From NCBI GenBank assembly GCA_965220855.1, contig CBDCQY010000001.1, forward strand, positions 1,384,592-1,448,591: 64,000 nt of DNA, written 5' to 3'. The translations under genes and the position numbers were made by a program. Under the pieces are notes generated by a model. The model did not search any database. It worked only from the letters and a program-made list of their open reading frames with translations, and was not told where the DNA came from. Source of the stretch: Alphaproteobacteria bacterium (GTDB lineage: Bacteria; Pseudomonadota; Alphaproteobacteria; Bin95). Positions 47,629 to 57,800 of this stretch are shown here, piece after piece (positions within the stretch are counted from its first letter, which is position 1; the number at the start of each line of letters is the position of its first letter).

Positions 47629-48559
47629 AGCCGGGCATGACCTCCGTCGCGAAGCGCTCCAGGGTCGCGAGCGCCCGATCGACGCCCGGCTCGTGGATCA
47701 GTCCCGGAATCGTGTACCAGGGATTGAGCACGATATGGCCGAGGCCGATGGCGCGCGCCGCATCGAGATTGCGGCGGATTCGGTCGCGGGAGCCGATCAG
47801 GGAGAAGGCGTCGCCGAGGAAGGGCGTCGGGTCGAGGTCGAAGGCGAGCGGCGTGTGCAGCGAGCGCGCGATGCCGGCCGGGTCGCGCCCGGCGTCGGCC
47901 GCCATGGCGTCGAGCGTCTTCTGCCGGCGGGCCAGATCGTCAAGCGTCCATTGCACCGAGCCCGGCCGGCGCGCCGAGGTGATCGGATGCCAGCCGTCGC
48001 CGTAGCGCACGACGCGTTCGAGCGCGCGCTCATTGTTGCCGCCGATCCAGATGGGCGGCTTGCGGGCCGGGCGCGGCTCGAAGGCGAAATCCTCGAAGCG
48101 GTAGAACTCGCCCTCGAAGTCGTTGGGGCCGGGGGACCAGAGCCGGTCGAGAATGCGCAGCATCTCGTCGGCGCGCGCGCCGCGCCGGGCGAAGGGAATG
48201 TCGAGGATGTCGTATTCCTCGCGGATCCAGCCGAAGGCGACGCCGAAAATGGCGCGCCCGCCGGAGAGGTCGTCGATGCTGGCCATCTCCTTGGCGAGCG
48301 TGACCGGGTGGCGATAGGGCAGCACGATCACCGTGGTGCCGAGCCGCACCCGGCGGGTGAGGCCGGCGAGCAGGCCGAGCGTGCTGAACAGGCCATAGAC
48401 GCGCTCCGAGAAGCGCTCGACGAAGGGGCGCGGGACGATCACATGGTCGATCGCCCAGATGGAGTCGAAACCCGCCTCCTCCGCCATCCGCGCCATCCGC
48501 TCCAGGCTCTCCCGCGAGGCGAAAGCGCCATGCTGCGGCATCACCACTCCGAACTTCAT
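47618..48559 (-). CDS. LLM-class (luciferase-like) flavin/F420-dependent oxidoreductase
   Basis: MKFGVVMPQH...IWAIDHV... TIM-barrel LLM pattern. Overlaps the prpD-like start by 11 bp. Confidence 0.8.
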   Translation of the reverse strand: MKFGVVMPQHGAFASRESLERMARMAEEAGFDSIWAIDHVIVPRPFVERFSERVYGLFSTLGLLAGLTRRVRLGTTVIVLPYRHPVTLAKEMASIDDLSGGRAIFGVAFGWIREEYDILDIPFARRGARADEMLRILDRLWSPGPNDFEGEFYRFEDFAFEPRPARKPPIWIGGNNERALERVVRYGDGWHPITSARRPGSVQWTLDDLARRQKTLDAMAADAGRDPAGIARSLHTPLAFDLDPTPFLGDAFSLIGSRDRIRRNLDAARAIGLGHIVLNPWYTIPGLIHEPGVDRALATLERFATEVMPGYGD

Positions 48560-48650
48560 GTCGCTTCCTCCCTCCGATTCGGACCCGCCGCGCCGATAGT
48601 GCGCCCGGTTGCCTGTCCCGCGCGATCACGGCGCCAGACGGCTCGCCAGC

Positions 48651-49220
48651 CTAGACCAAATGCAACTCTTCCCGCTCCAGCCTCAACATAACCCTCTCGT
48701 CCGGAGTAACCCGTCGCTCCATGTCTCGAAGCAACTTCGACAGGCAACGGGTAAGAAATGTCTCCCAATCTCCCCTGTTCCTGAACTCAATTCCCGATTT
48801 TTCTGCAACACTGACCAGAACCGCTTTCTTCGATTCTTGGACCAGCCGCAGAATATTCAGCACCGTTCCCGGACTCCTGCCGTCCCAGATCATCAGCCCG
48901 AAATCAGCCTGCCGCGCCATTTCACGGTCCTTGGCGGCGTAAAACTGAAAATTTCTTTCACGCTCCTCTGTATCGACGCTGTGAGTTGGCCATTGACCGA
49001 TATTATTGCGGCTTGCACCACCCGAGCAGTAAACGATCACCTTGTCGTAATTTGCTTTGGCCAGGTGTTGTTGCGCCGCCTTATCTGCTCCGTTCGCATC
49101 CCCGACGAGGATTACGAATCCCCGATTCACGACATTGTCGATCCGCGCCTTCGCCTCCATCGGCAGACATGCGATCCGCCGGGAACCCCCGACAAATATC
49201 GCGCTCACCATCTGCTCCAT
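48651..49220 (-). CDS. standalone SLOG-superfamily (DprA/Smf-like Rossmann) domain protein in a low-GC islet
   Basis: IFVGGSRRI...VILVGDANGADKAAQQHLAKANYDKVIVYCSGG matches the DprA/SLOG pattern (VGSRx...SGxAxGxDxxAHxxAL...TIaV). The gene is ~52-55% GC against ~70% in its flanks, and its GC3 is far below host genes. Confidence 0.5.
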   Translation of the reverse strand: MEQMVSAIFVGGSRRIACLPMEAKARIDNVVNRGFVILVGDANGADKAAQQHLAKANYDKVIVYCSGGASRNNIGQWPTHSVDTEERERNFQFYAAKDREMARQADFGLMIWDGRSPGTVLNILRLVQESKKAVLVSVAEKSGIEFRNRGDWETFLTRCLSKLLRDMERRVTPDERVMLRLEREELHLV

Positions 49221-49375
49221 ATTCTCGCTATCGCCAACACGCGGACACCTTCAGCTTATCCTTTCGTCATAAGCGAACTCGCAACGGTGCGCATCGTCTT
49301 GTCCTCCCCCTTGTCGATCCGTCGCTGTCTGCGACAAGAGGAAGCAGACGGCCGGCGGGGCGGGGGAGTCAAGCG

Positions 49376-50047
49376 TCAGGGCTTGATGACGTGCTCCTTC
49401 GTCACCACGAAGGCGAGGCGGGGCTCGTCGATGAAGTTGGCTTCGTCGGCGCGGGTGCGGGCGTAGGCCTCGGAGGCGGCCGATGCGCGCATGGCGTCGG
49501 TGTCGTCGAACCAGGCGATCGCCAGGCCGTCGAGCGCCGGGGCCTTGCCGCCGCGATAGGCGCCGGGGCGCAGATGGTTCTGCTCATAGCGGCGGATCTG
49601 CCCGATGCGCGCGGCGAGCGGCCCGTGGGTCTCGCGCCAGTAGCGCTGGAAGTCGTCGACCGCCATGCCCGGCTTGCGCGCCACCAGCTCGATATTCTTC
49701 ACCCCGTCCGCCGGGCGGGGGCCGTCCACGATCACATGCTCCTCCACCAGCAGCGTCGTCATGGTGCTGCGGTCGATGAAGCGCGCCTCGTCCTCGCAGA
49801 GCGCGGCGAATTCCGGCAGCGCGGCGTTGCGGCGAAGCGTGTCCATATCCTCCCACCAGGTCTCCGCCACGCCGTCGCAGGCGAGCTCGCCCCGGGCGTA
49901 GCCGCCCATCAGCGGATGGTTCTGGCGGTAGCCGACCAGGCCCGGCATCCGCAGCACGGCCTTCGGGTGCTCCTCCAGCCAGTAGGACCGGAAGGCGTCG
50001 AGCGCCATGCCCGGCTTGCGCCGGAAGACGATGGCGGCCTTGATCAT
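49376..50047 (-). CDS. tandem EthD-domain protein
   Basis: Two ~100-aa EthD-like halves: MIKAAIVFRRKPGMALDAFRSYW... and ...NIELVARKPGMAVDDFQRYW... Confidence 0.7.
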   Translation of the reverse strand: MIKAAIVFRRKPGMALDAFRSYWLEEHPKAVLRMPGLVGYRQNHPLMGGYARGELACDGVAETWWEDMDTLRRNAALPEFAALCEDEARFIDRSTMTTLLVEEHVIVDGPRPADGVKNIELVARKPGMAVDDFQRYWRETHGPLAARIGQIRRYEQNHLRPGAYRGGKAPALDGLAIAWFDDTDAMRASAASEAYARTRADEANFIDEPRLAFVVTKEHVIKP

Positions 50048-50077
50048 CGCTTCCCTCCTCTTCCCTCCTCTTCCCGC

Positions 50078-50836
50078 CTAGACGGTCAGATAGCCGCCAT
50101 CGGCGGCGATCGTCACGCCGGTCACATATTGCGCCATGTCCGAGGCCAGGAAGAGCACCGGGCCGGCAATGTCTTCCGGCGCGCCGGGGCGGCCCATCGG
50201 GATATGGCGCATGAAGCGGGCCAGCATCTCCGGGTTCTTCTGGATGCCGTCCTCGTTGAGCGGCGTGAAGATCAGCCCCGGCGCCACGGCGTTCACCCGG
50301 ACGCCGAAGGGCGCGAGCTCGGCCGCAAGCGCCGTGGTGAAGTTCCTGACCGCGCCCTTCGAGGTCGTATAGGCCACCGAATTGGGCGTGTGCACGGTGG
50401 ACTGGATCGAGCCGGTATTCACGATCCGCCCCTTGGTCTGCTTCAGCTGGTCGAGAAAGGCGTGCGTCATGTAGAACAGGCTGTTGATATTGACGGCGAC
50501 CGTGTCTTCCCAGTCCTGCCGGGCGGTGTTGGAGGAAAGCGTCGCGCGGCGCACGATGCCGGCATTGTTGAACAGGATGGAGGCCGGCCCGAGCTCCAGA
50601 TGCACCCGCCCGGCGAGCGCCTGGCAGGCGTTGGCGTCGGTCACGTCCACTGCATAGGCCAGCGCCGCCGCCCCGATGCCGCTCGCCACGGCCTTGGCCT
50701 TGTCGCCCGCTATATCGACCACCGCCACCCTGGCGCCGGCCTCCGCCATGGCCTCGGCCGCGCCCCGCCCGATGCCGGAGCCGCCGCCGGTGACGACGGC
50801 GATATGGCCCGCCAGCAGTCCCTCAGGCACGATCAT
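50078..50836 (-). CDS. SDR family oxidoreductase
   Basis: VVTGGGSGIGRG, NNAG and YTTSKGA. Confidence 0.85.
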   Translation of the reverse strand: MIVPEGLLAGHIAVVTGGGSGIGRGAAEAMAEAGARVAVVDIAGDKAKAVASGIGAAALAYAVDVTDANACQALAGRVHLELGPASILFNNAGIVRRATLSSNTARQDWEDTVAVNINSLFYMTHAFLDQLKQTKGRIVNTGSIQSTVHTPNSVAYTTSKGAVRNFTTALAAELAPFGVRVNAVAPGLIFTPLNEDGIQKNPEMLARFMRHIPMGRPGAPEDIAGPVLFLASDMAQYVTGVTIAADGGYLTV

Positions 50837-51621
50837 CGCGAGGCCTCCTCCTTCACGGGCACGGTGTACATCAGCGGCAGCCGCCCGCCCTCGGCGAAGA
50901 TCGTCTGGCCGGTGACATAGGAGGAGTCGTCACTGGCGAGGAACACCGCCACCGAGGCGATCTCGTCCGGCTCCGCCGCGCGCCCCATCGGCGTGCGCGA
51001 CAGCACCATGCGGCGCGACTCCGGCGAGGCGAACACCATGTTGCGCATGAGTTCGGTGTTGGTGGAGCCCGGCCCGATGGCGTTCGCCCGGATGCCCCGG
51101 TCGGCCAGCGCCAGCGCCATGCCGGCGGTCATGTGGTTCACCGCCGCCTTGCTAGTGCAATAGGGCAGCTGCGTCGGGATGATCCGCTTGCCGGCGACCG
51201 AGCCGATGGTGATCAGCGCGCCGCCCTCGCCCTGGGCCGCCATCTGGCGGGCCGCCGCCTGGCAGGTCAGCATGACGCCGTTCACATTGACGCGCATCAC
51301 CCGGTCGAAATCGGCTTCCTCCAGCTCCAGGAAGTCCGAGCCGAAGCCGATGCCGGCATTGGCGACCGCGATGTCCAGCCGCCCGTAGCGCGCGACGGCG
51401 AGCGCCACCATGTCGCGCACCTCGCCCGCCTCGGTGACATCGGTAGCGGTGGCGGAGCAGGCGTCGTCATTGGCGATCGCGCGCGCGGCGGCTTCGGCCT
51501 TGTCGCCGTCGATGTCGGAAAGCAGCACCCTGGCTCCCTCGCGCACGAAGCGGGCGGCGATGGCGCTGCCGATCCCCTGTCCGGCTCCGGTGACGATGGC
51601 GACCTTGTTCTGCAGGCGCAT
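50833..51621 (-). CDS. SDR family oxidoreductase
   Basis: MRLQNKVAIVTGAGQGIGSA and YCTSKAA. GGAGAA lies upstream of the ATG at 51621. A 4-bp overlap with the downstream SDR suggests an operon. Confidence 0.85.
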   Translation of the reverse strand: MRLQNKVAIVTGAGQGIGSAIAARFVREGARVLLSDIDGDKAEAAARAIANDDACSATATDVTEAGEVRDMVALAVARYGRLDIAVANAGIGFGSDFLELEEADFDRVMRVNVNGVMLTCQAAARQMAAQGEGGALITIGSVAGKRIIPTQLPYCTSKAAVNHMTAGMALALADRGIRANAIGPGSTNTELMRNMVFASPESRRMVLSRTPMGRAAEPDEIASVAVFLASDDSSYVTGQTIFAEGGRLPLMYTVPVKEEASR

Positions 51622-51885
51622 GGCTGTTCTCCCCTGGGGCTTCCTTGCAAATCGTCCCTGTGCGCGATCCGGCGCCGCTCGGATAGTGCCACATTCTGCC
51701 GCTCTAATCGCGAACACGGATCGTGTCCTCGGATCGTGTCCCGAAGCGCTGACGCACCGTCGATGCGCCGCTTCTTCTGCAAGTGTCGTCCGGCCGGGAA
51801 AAAGCAGGTGTTCCTTCGGCTGCCTTCCGCTCGCCATTCTGGCGTTGCGTCAGGAATAAGCCTGTTTTGACTATTGGCGTTCGCA

Positions 51886-54800
51886 TCAGAAGTTGAAGCG
51901 AAAGTTGAAGTGGAGGCGGCGGTTGTCAGCGGAGCCGCCGCGGTTCTCATGGCCGGCGATCAGTTCCAGATCGATATGGCGGGCGGCGGCCTGGAAGGCG
52001 AGGCCGGCCTCCAGTTTGCTCCGGTCGCCCGTCTCCTCCGAGAGGCGCAGCAGGGGTGACAGCAGGCCGGATGAGGCCGGCAGCTGGAAGCCGTAGCGGG
52101 CCTCCAGTTCCAGCAGGGTTGCATCGTTGCTTCCGAAGCTGGCTTCGTCATAGTCGAGATCGTCCGCCAGCATCGCGGACCTGTCCGCGCGCGGACCGGT
52201 CGTCAGGCGCACCGACCAGGAGAGGCCGCGCCCGCGGGCGCCCGGCGCCAGCCGCGCCTCTAGGCTCGCGCCCCATTCGCGCACGCCACGCCCGGAATGC
52301 GCCGCCAGCCAGCGGCCGCTCGCATCCAGGCTGAAGCGCGAGCCGGGGTCCGTGAGGCGCCCGCCGACCGAAACCTCGACGCCGGAGCCCGTCACCCCGT
52401 CGCCGCCGTCCTGGCGCAGCGTCAGTGCGCCGTGCGGCGCCAGCGTCAGTTCGGAGCTGGAGAACACAAATCCGTCATGTTCGGCTTCCACGCCGACGCC
52501 GAGGCGCCAACTCGCCGCCTTCAGCCCGCCGATCGAGGTCGCTCGGGAGCCGTCGGTCTCGATTTGCGCCAGGCCCAACTCGCCGGTTGCAGAGAGAGCG
52601 AAGCGGTCGTGCTGCGCTACGGGCATGCGCCCGCCGGCCGACAAGGCTAGCAATTCGAGGTCGGCCCGCTCCACCGCTCCTTCTCTCGGGCGATGCTCCA
52701 TCTCGCCCTGCCCGGCTCCGAGCACCAGGCGCAACCGGCCGCCGCCTTCCGTCGTCATCTGCAGATAGGGCCAGACCGCGGTCACCGAGGTCTCGACGCT
52801 GCCGCTGTCCTCGTCGATGCGGTAGTCGGTCTCGCCGTCGCTCATCGAGAGTCCGAGGCCGGCCAGCAGCCGTTCGTCCAGCCGCGCGTCCAGCCCCAGC
52901 CAGCCGGCCCGCTGCTCCCCTTCATAGCGCCCCGTCTCCGCCGGGCCCTCGAACTGCCGCCAGTCGCCCCGGCCCCAGACCGTCCAGGCCGCGCCGCTGT
53001 CCGCAGTTTCGTCCGACGCAGCCAGCGGCAGCGTGAAGGCGCTGCCGCCCAACAGGGTCTCGGCGCTCACCGCGTCATGCCGCCCGGCCGCCCCGCCCGG
53101 GGTTCGCACGATCCGGTTGCCCGTTTCGGAAGCGGCGAGTTGGCGCGCGTCGCCTACCCGGCGCCCGGCAAGCGACAGCGCCGGCGCGCCCGGCGTCGCA
53201 TCGAACCGCAAGCGGATCGCATCCGTCGCGCTCGACAAGGCGGTCCGCGCGATCCTGGCGAGCATCGCCTTCAGCACTTGCCGCTCGACCTCCGGCGGGG
53301 CGTCCTCGATCTCGTTGGTCACCGTCACCGTCACCGACCGGTCCGCCATATTGCCGTCGGCGTCGGTCGCGGTCAGCGTGTAGGCGTAGCCATTGTCCGC
53401 GTCGCTGTCGTCCGGCTTCTCGAAGTCCCGCCCGGCCAGCGTCACCGTGACGCCGCTGTTGCTCGCGCCCGAGAGCGCGAACAGGTCCGCATCGGCGCCC
53501 GAGAGCGACCAGGCGACGGCGCCGATCGGCGCATCGCCCGTCAACACCGCCGCGCCGGCATAGTCGGCGTTCTCCGCCACGCTGGCGTTGGCCACGCCGC
53601 CGAGAGCCAGCGCCGCCGCCTCGATGACATCCGTCACCGTCACCGTCACCGCAAGGCTCGTGATGTTGTCGTCATCGTCGGTCGCGGTCAGCGTGTAGGC
53701 GTAGCCATTGTCCGCGTCGCTGTCGCCCGGGTTCTCATAGTTGCGCGCGGCCATCGACACCGTAACGCCGCTGTTGCTCCCGCCCGAAAGCGCGAACAGG
53801 CCGGCGTCCGCCCCCGAGAGCGACCAGGCGACGGCGCCGATCGGCGCATCGCCCGTGAGCGTCGCCATTCCGCTGTAGCCGGCGTTCTCCGCCACGCTGG
53901 CGTCGCCCACCCCCGCGATGGCCAGAGCCGCAGTCTCGTCCGCGTCCGTCACCGCGATCGTCACCGAGGCGTTCGTGGTGTTGCTGTCGTCGTCGGTCGC
54001 AGTCAGCGTGTAGGCGTAGCTGTTGCCGCCGTCGGCGTCGCTCGGGTTCTCGAAGTCCTTCGGGGTCATCGACACCGTGACGCCGCCATTGCTCGCGCCC
54101 GAGAGCGTGAACAGGTCCGCGTCGGCGCCCGAAAGCGACCAGGAGACCGCGCCGATCGGCCCGCCCGTGAGCGTCGCCGTTCGGCTATAGGCCGCGCCCT
54201 CCGCCACGCTGGCGTCAGCCACCCCCGCCAAGGTCAGCGTCGCGGTCTCGATCGCGTCCGTCACCGTGACGGTCACCGTCCGGCTCACCGTGTTTTCGTC
54301 ATCGTCGGTGGCGGTCAGCGTGTAGATATAGCTGTTGTCGGCGTCGGCGTCGGTCGGGTTTTCGAAGTCGCGCACCGTCAGCGTCACCGTGACCCCGCTG
54401 TTGCTCTCGTCCGAGAGTTCGAACAGCTCTCCGTCATCGCCGTCGAGCTTCCAGGCGACGGAGCCGATCGGCGCCTCGCCCGCCATCACCGCCGCGCCGC
54501 TATAGACGGCGTTCTCCGCCACACTGGCGTCGGCCACGCCCGCCACCGCGAGCGCAGCGACCTCTTTCGCGTCCGTGACCGTCACCGTGAAGACATCCGA
54601 GGTCACCGTGTCGCCGTCGCGATCCGTCGCCTTCAGCGTGTATTCGTAACGGTTGTCCCCGTCGCTGTCGGCGGGGTTCTCGAAGTCCTGCTCCGCCAGC
54701 GTCACGGTCGCCTCGGTGGCGCTCTCGCCCGACAGCGCGAACTTCCCGGCGTCGGCTCCGCCAAGCTCCCAGTTCACCGGCGCGTCGGCCCCGGCCAGCG

Positions 54801-57800
54801 TCGCCTTGTCGGTGAAGGTCCCGTTCTCCTCCACTTCGCCGCTGTCGAGCTCCGTCAGGACCAGTATCCGGTCATCGTCCGCGACCGTCACCGTCACGCT
54901 GCCCGCGACCTCGTCATATTCCACGCCCGACGCCGCCAGCGCCACCGTCACGGTCTCGTTCGCCGCATCGTCGCCATCGTCATCGACCGGCGAGACCGTC
55001 ACCGTCTGCGCCATCTCCCAGTCGTCGGCGGTGAAGGTCAGCTCCGCCGGCGAAACCGTCGCCGCGCCCGCGTCACCGCTCGACACCGCCACCGTCACCG
55101 CCGCCGTCGGCACATGCGAAAGCGCAACCGTGAATGTCCCGGCGCCCTGGCCTTCGCTCAGCGCCAGCGCGCCATTCGTCAGCCCCGCCAGACTCAAGGA
55201 CGCGATCTCGTCATCCGCAACCGTCACCGAAACGCTGCCGGCGGCCTCGTCATATTCCACGCCCGACGCCGCCAGAGACACCGACAGGGCCTCGTTCCCC
55301 GCATCCGCGTCATCGACCGGCGTCACCGTCACCGTCTGCGCCACATTCCAGTTCGTCGGCGTGAATGACAGGGTCGTCGGCGTCGCCGCCGCCGCGCCCG
55401 CGTCACCGCTGGCTACCGCCACCGTCACCGCCGCCGTCGGCACATGCGAAAGCGCAACCGTGAATGTCCCGGCAGAGCCGCCCTCCGTCAGCGACACCGG
55501 ACCCCCGGCAACCGCCAGCGACGCCGTCTCGTCATCCGCAACCGTCACCGAAACGCTGCCCGCGACCTCGTCATATTCCACGCCCGACGCCGCCAGAGAC
55601 ACCGACAGGGCCTCGTTCCCCGCATCCGCGTCATCGACCGGCGTCACCGTCACCGTCTGCGCCGTATTCCAGTTCGTCGGCGTGAATGACAGGGTCGCCG
55701 GCGCCGCCGCCGCCGCGCCCGCGTCACCGCTGGCTACCGCCACCGTCACCGCCGCCGTCGGCACATGCGAAAGCGCAACCGTGAATGTCCCGGCAGAGCC
55801 GCCCTCCGTCAGCGACACCGGACCCCCGGCAACCGCCAGAGACGCCGTCTCGTCATCCGCAACCGTCACCGAAACGCTGCCGGTAACCGATCCATACTCC
55901 GTCGCCCCGGACGCCGTGAGCGAGACCGACAGGGCCTCGTTCCCCGCATCCGCATCATCGACCGGCGTCACCGTCACCGTCTGCGCCGCATTCCAGTTCG
56001 TCGGTGTGAACGACAGGGTCGCCGGCGTCGCCGCCGCCGCGCCCGTATCACCGCTGGCTACCGCCACCGTCACCGCCGCCGTCGGCACATGCGAAAGCGC
56101 AACCGTGAATGTCCCGGCGGAGCCGCCCTCCGTCAGCGACACAGGACCCCCGGCAACCGCCAGAGACGCCGTCTCGTCATCCGCAACCGTCACCGAAACG
56201 CTGCCGGTAACCGATCCATACTCCGTCGCCCCGGACGCCGTGAGCGAGACCGACAGCGACTCGTTCCCCGCATCCGCATCATCGACCGGCGTCACCGTCA
56301 CCGTCTGCGCCGTATTCCAGTTCGTCGGCGTGAATGACAGGGTCGTCGGCGTCGCCGCCGCCGCGCCCGCGTCACCGCTGGCTACCGCCACCGTCACCGC
56401 CGCCGTCGGCGCATGCGAAAGCGCAACCGTGAATGTCCCGGCAGAGCCGCCCTCCGTCAGCGCCACCGGACCCCCGGCAACCGCCAGAGACGCCGTCTCG
56501 TCATCGTCAACCGTCACCGAAACGCTGCCCGCGACCTCGTCATATTCCACGCCCGACGCCGCCAGAGACACCGACAGGGCCTCGTTCCCCGCATCCGCGT
56601 CATCGACCGGCGTCACCGTCACCGTCTGTGCCGCATTCCAGTTCGTCGGCGTGAATGACAGGGTCGCCGGCGTCGCCGCCGCCGCGCCCGTATCACCGCT
56701 GGCTACCGCCACCGTCACCGCCGCCGTCGGCACATGCGAAAGCGCAACCGTGAATGTCCCGGCAGAGCCGCCCTCCGTCAGCGACACCGGACCCCCGGCA
56801 ACCGCCAGAGACGCCGTCTCGTCATCCGCAACCGTCACCGAAACGCTGCCCGCGACCTCGTCATATTCCACGCCCGACGCCGCCAGAGACACCGACAGGG
56901 CCTCGTTCCCCGCATCCGCGTCATCGACCGGCGTCACCGTCACCGTCTGCGCCGCATTCCAGTTCGTCGGCGTGAATGACAGGGTCGTCGGCGTCGCCGC
57001 CGCCGCGCCCGTATCACCGCTGGCTACCGCCACCGTCACCGCCGCCGTCGGCACATGCGAAAGCGCAACCGTGAATGTCCCGGCGGAGCCGCCCTCCGTC
57101 AGCGCCACCGGACCCCCGGCAACCGCCAGAGACGCCGTCTCGTCATCCGCAACCGTCACCGAAACGCTGCCCGCGACCTCGTCATATTCCACGCCCGACG
57201 CCGCCAGAGACACCGACAGCGACTCGTTCCCCGCATCCGCGTCATCGACCGGCGTCACCGTAACCGTCTGCGCCGCATTCCAGTTCGTCGGCGTGAATGA
57301 CAGGGTCGTCGGCGTCGCCGCCGCCGCGCCCGCGTCACCGCTGGCTACCGCCACCGTCACCGCCGCCGTCGGCACATGCGAAAGCGCAACCGTGAATGTC
57401 CCGGCAGAGCCGCCCTCCGTCAGCGCCACCGGACCCCCGGCAACCGCCAGAGACGCCGTCTCGTCATCGTCAACCGTCACCGAAACGCTGCCCGCGACCT
57501 CGTCATATTCCACGCCCGACGCCGCCAGAGACACCGACAGGGCCTCGTTCCCCGCATCCGCGTCATCGACCGGCGTCACCGTCACCGTCTGCGCCGCATT
57601 CCAGTTCGTCGGCGTGAATGACAGGGTCGTCGGCGTCGCCGCCGCCGCGCCCGCGTCACCGCTGGCTACCGCCACCGTCACCGCCGCCGTCGGCACATGC
57701 GAAAGCGCAACCGTGAATGTCCCGGCAGAGCCGCCCTCCGTCAGCGACACCGGACCCCCGGCAACCGCCAGAGACGCCGTCTCGTCATCCGCAACCGTCA

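Noticed and set aside
46291-50920. Plus-strand ORFs 46291..47640, 47603..48691 and 48986..50920
   Set aside because: Antisense to the PrpD, LLM, EthD and SDR genes.
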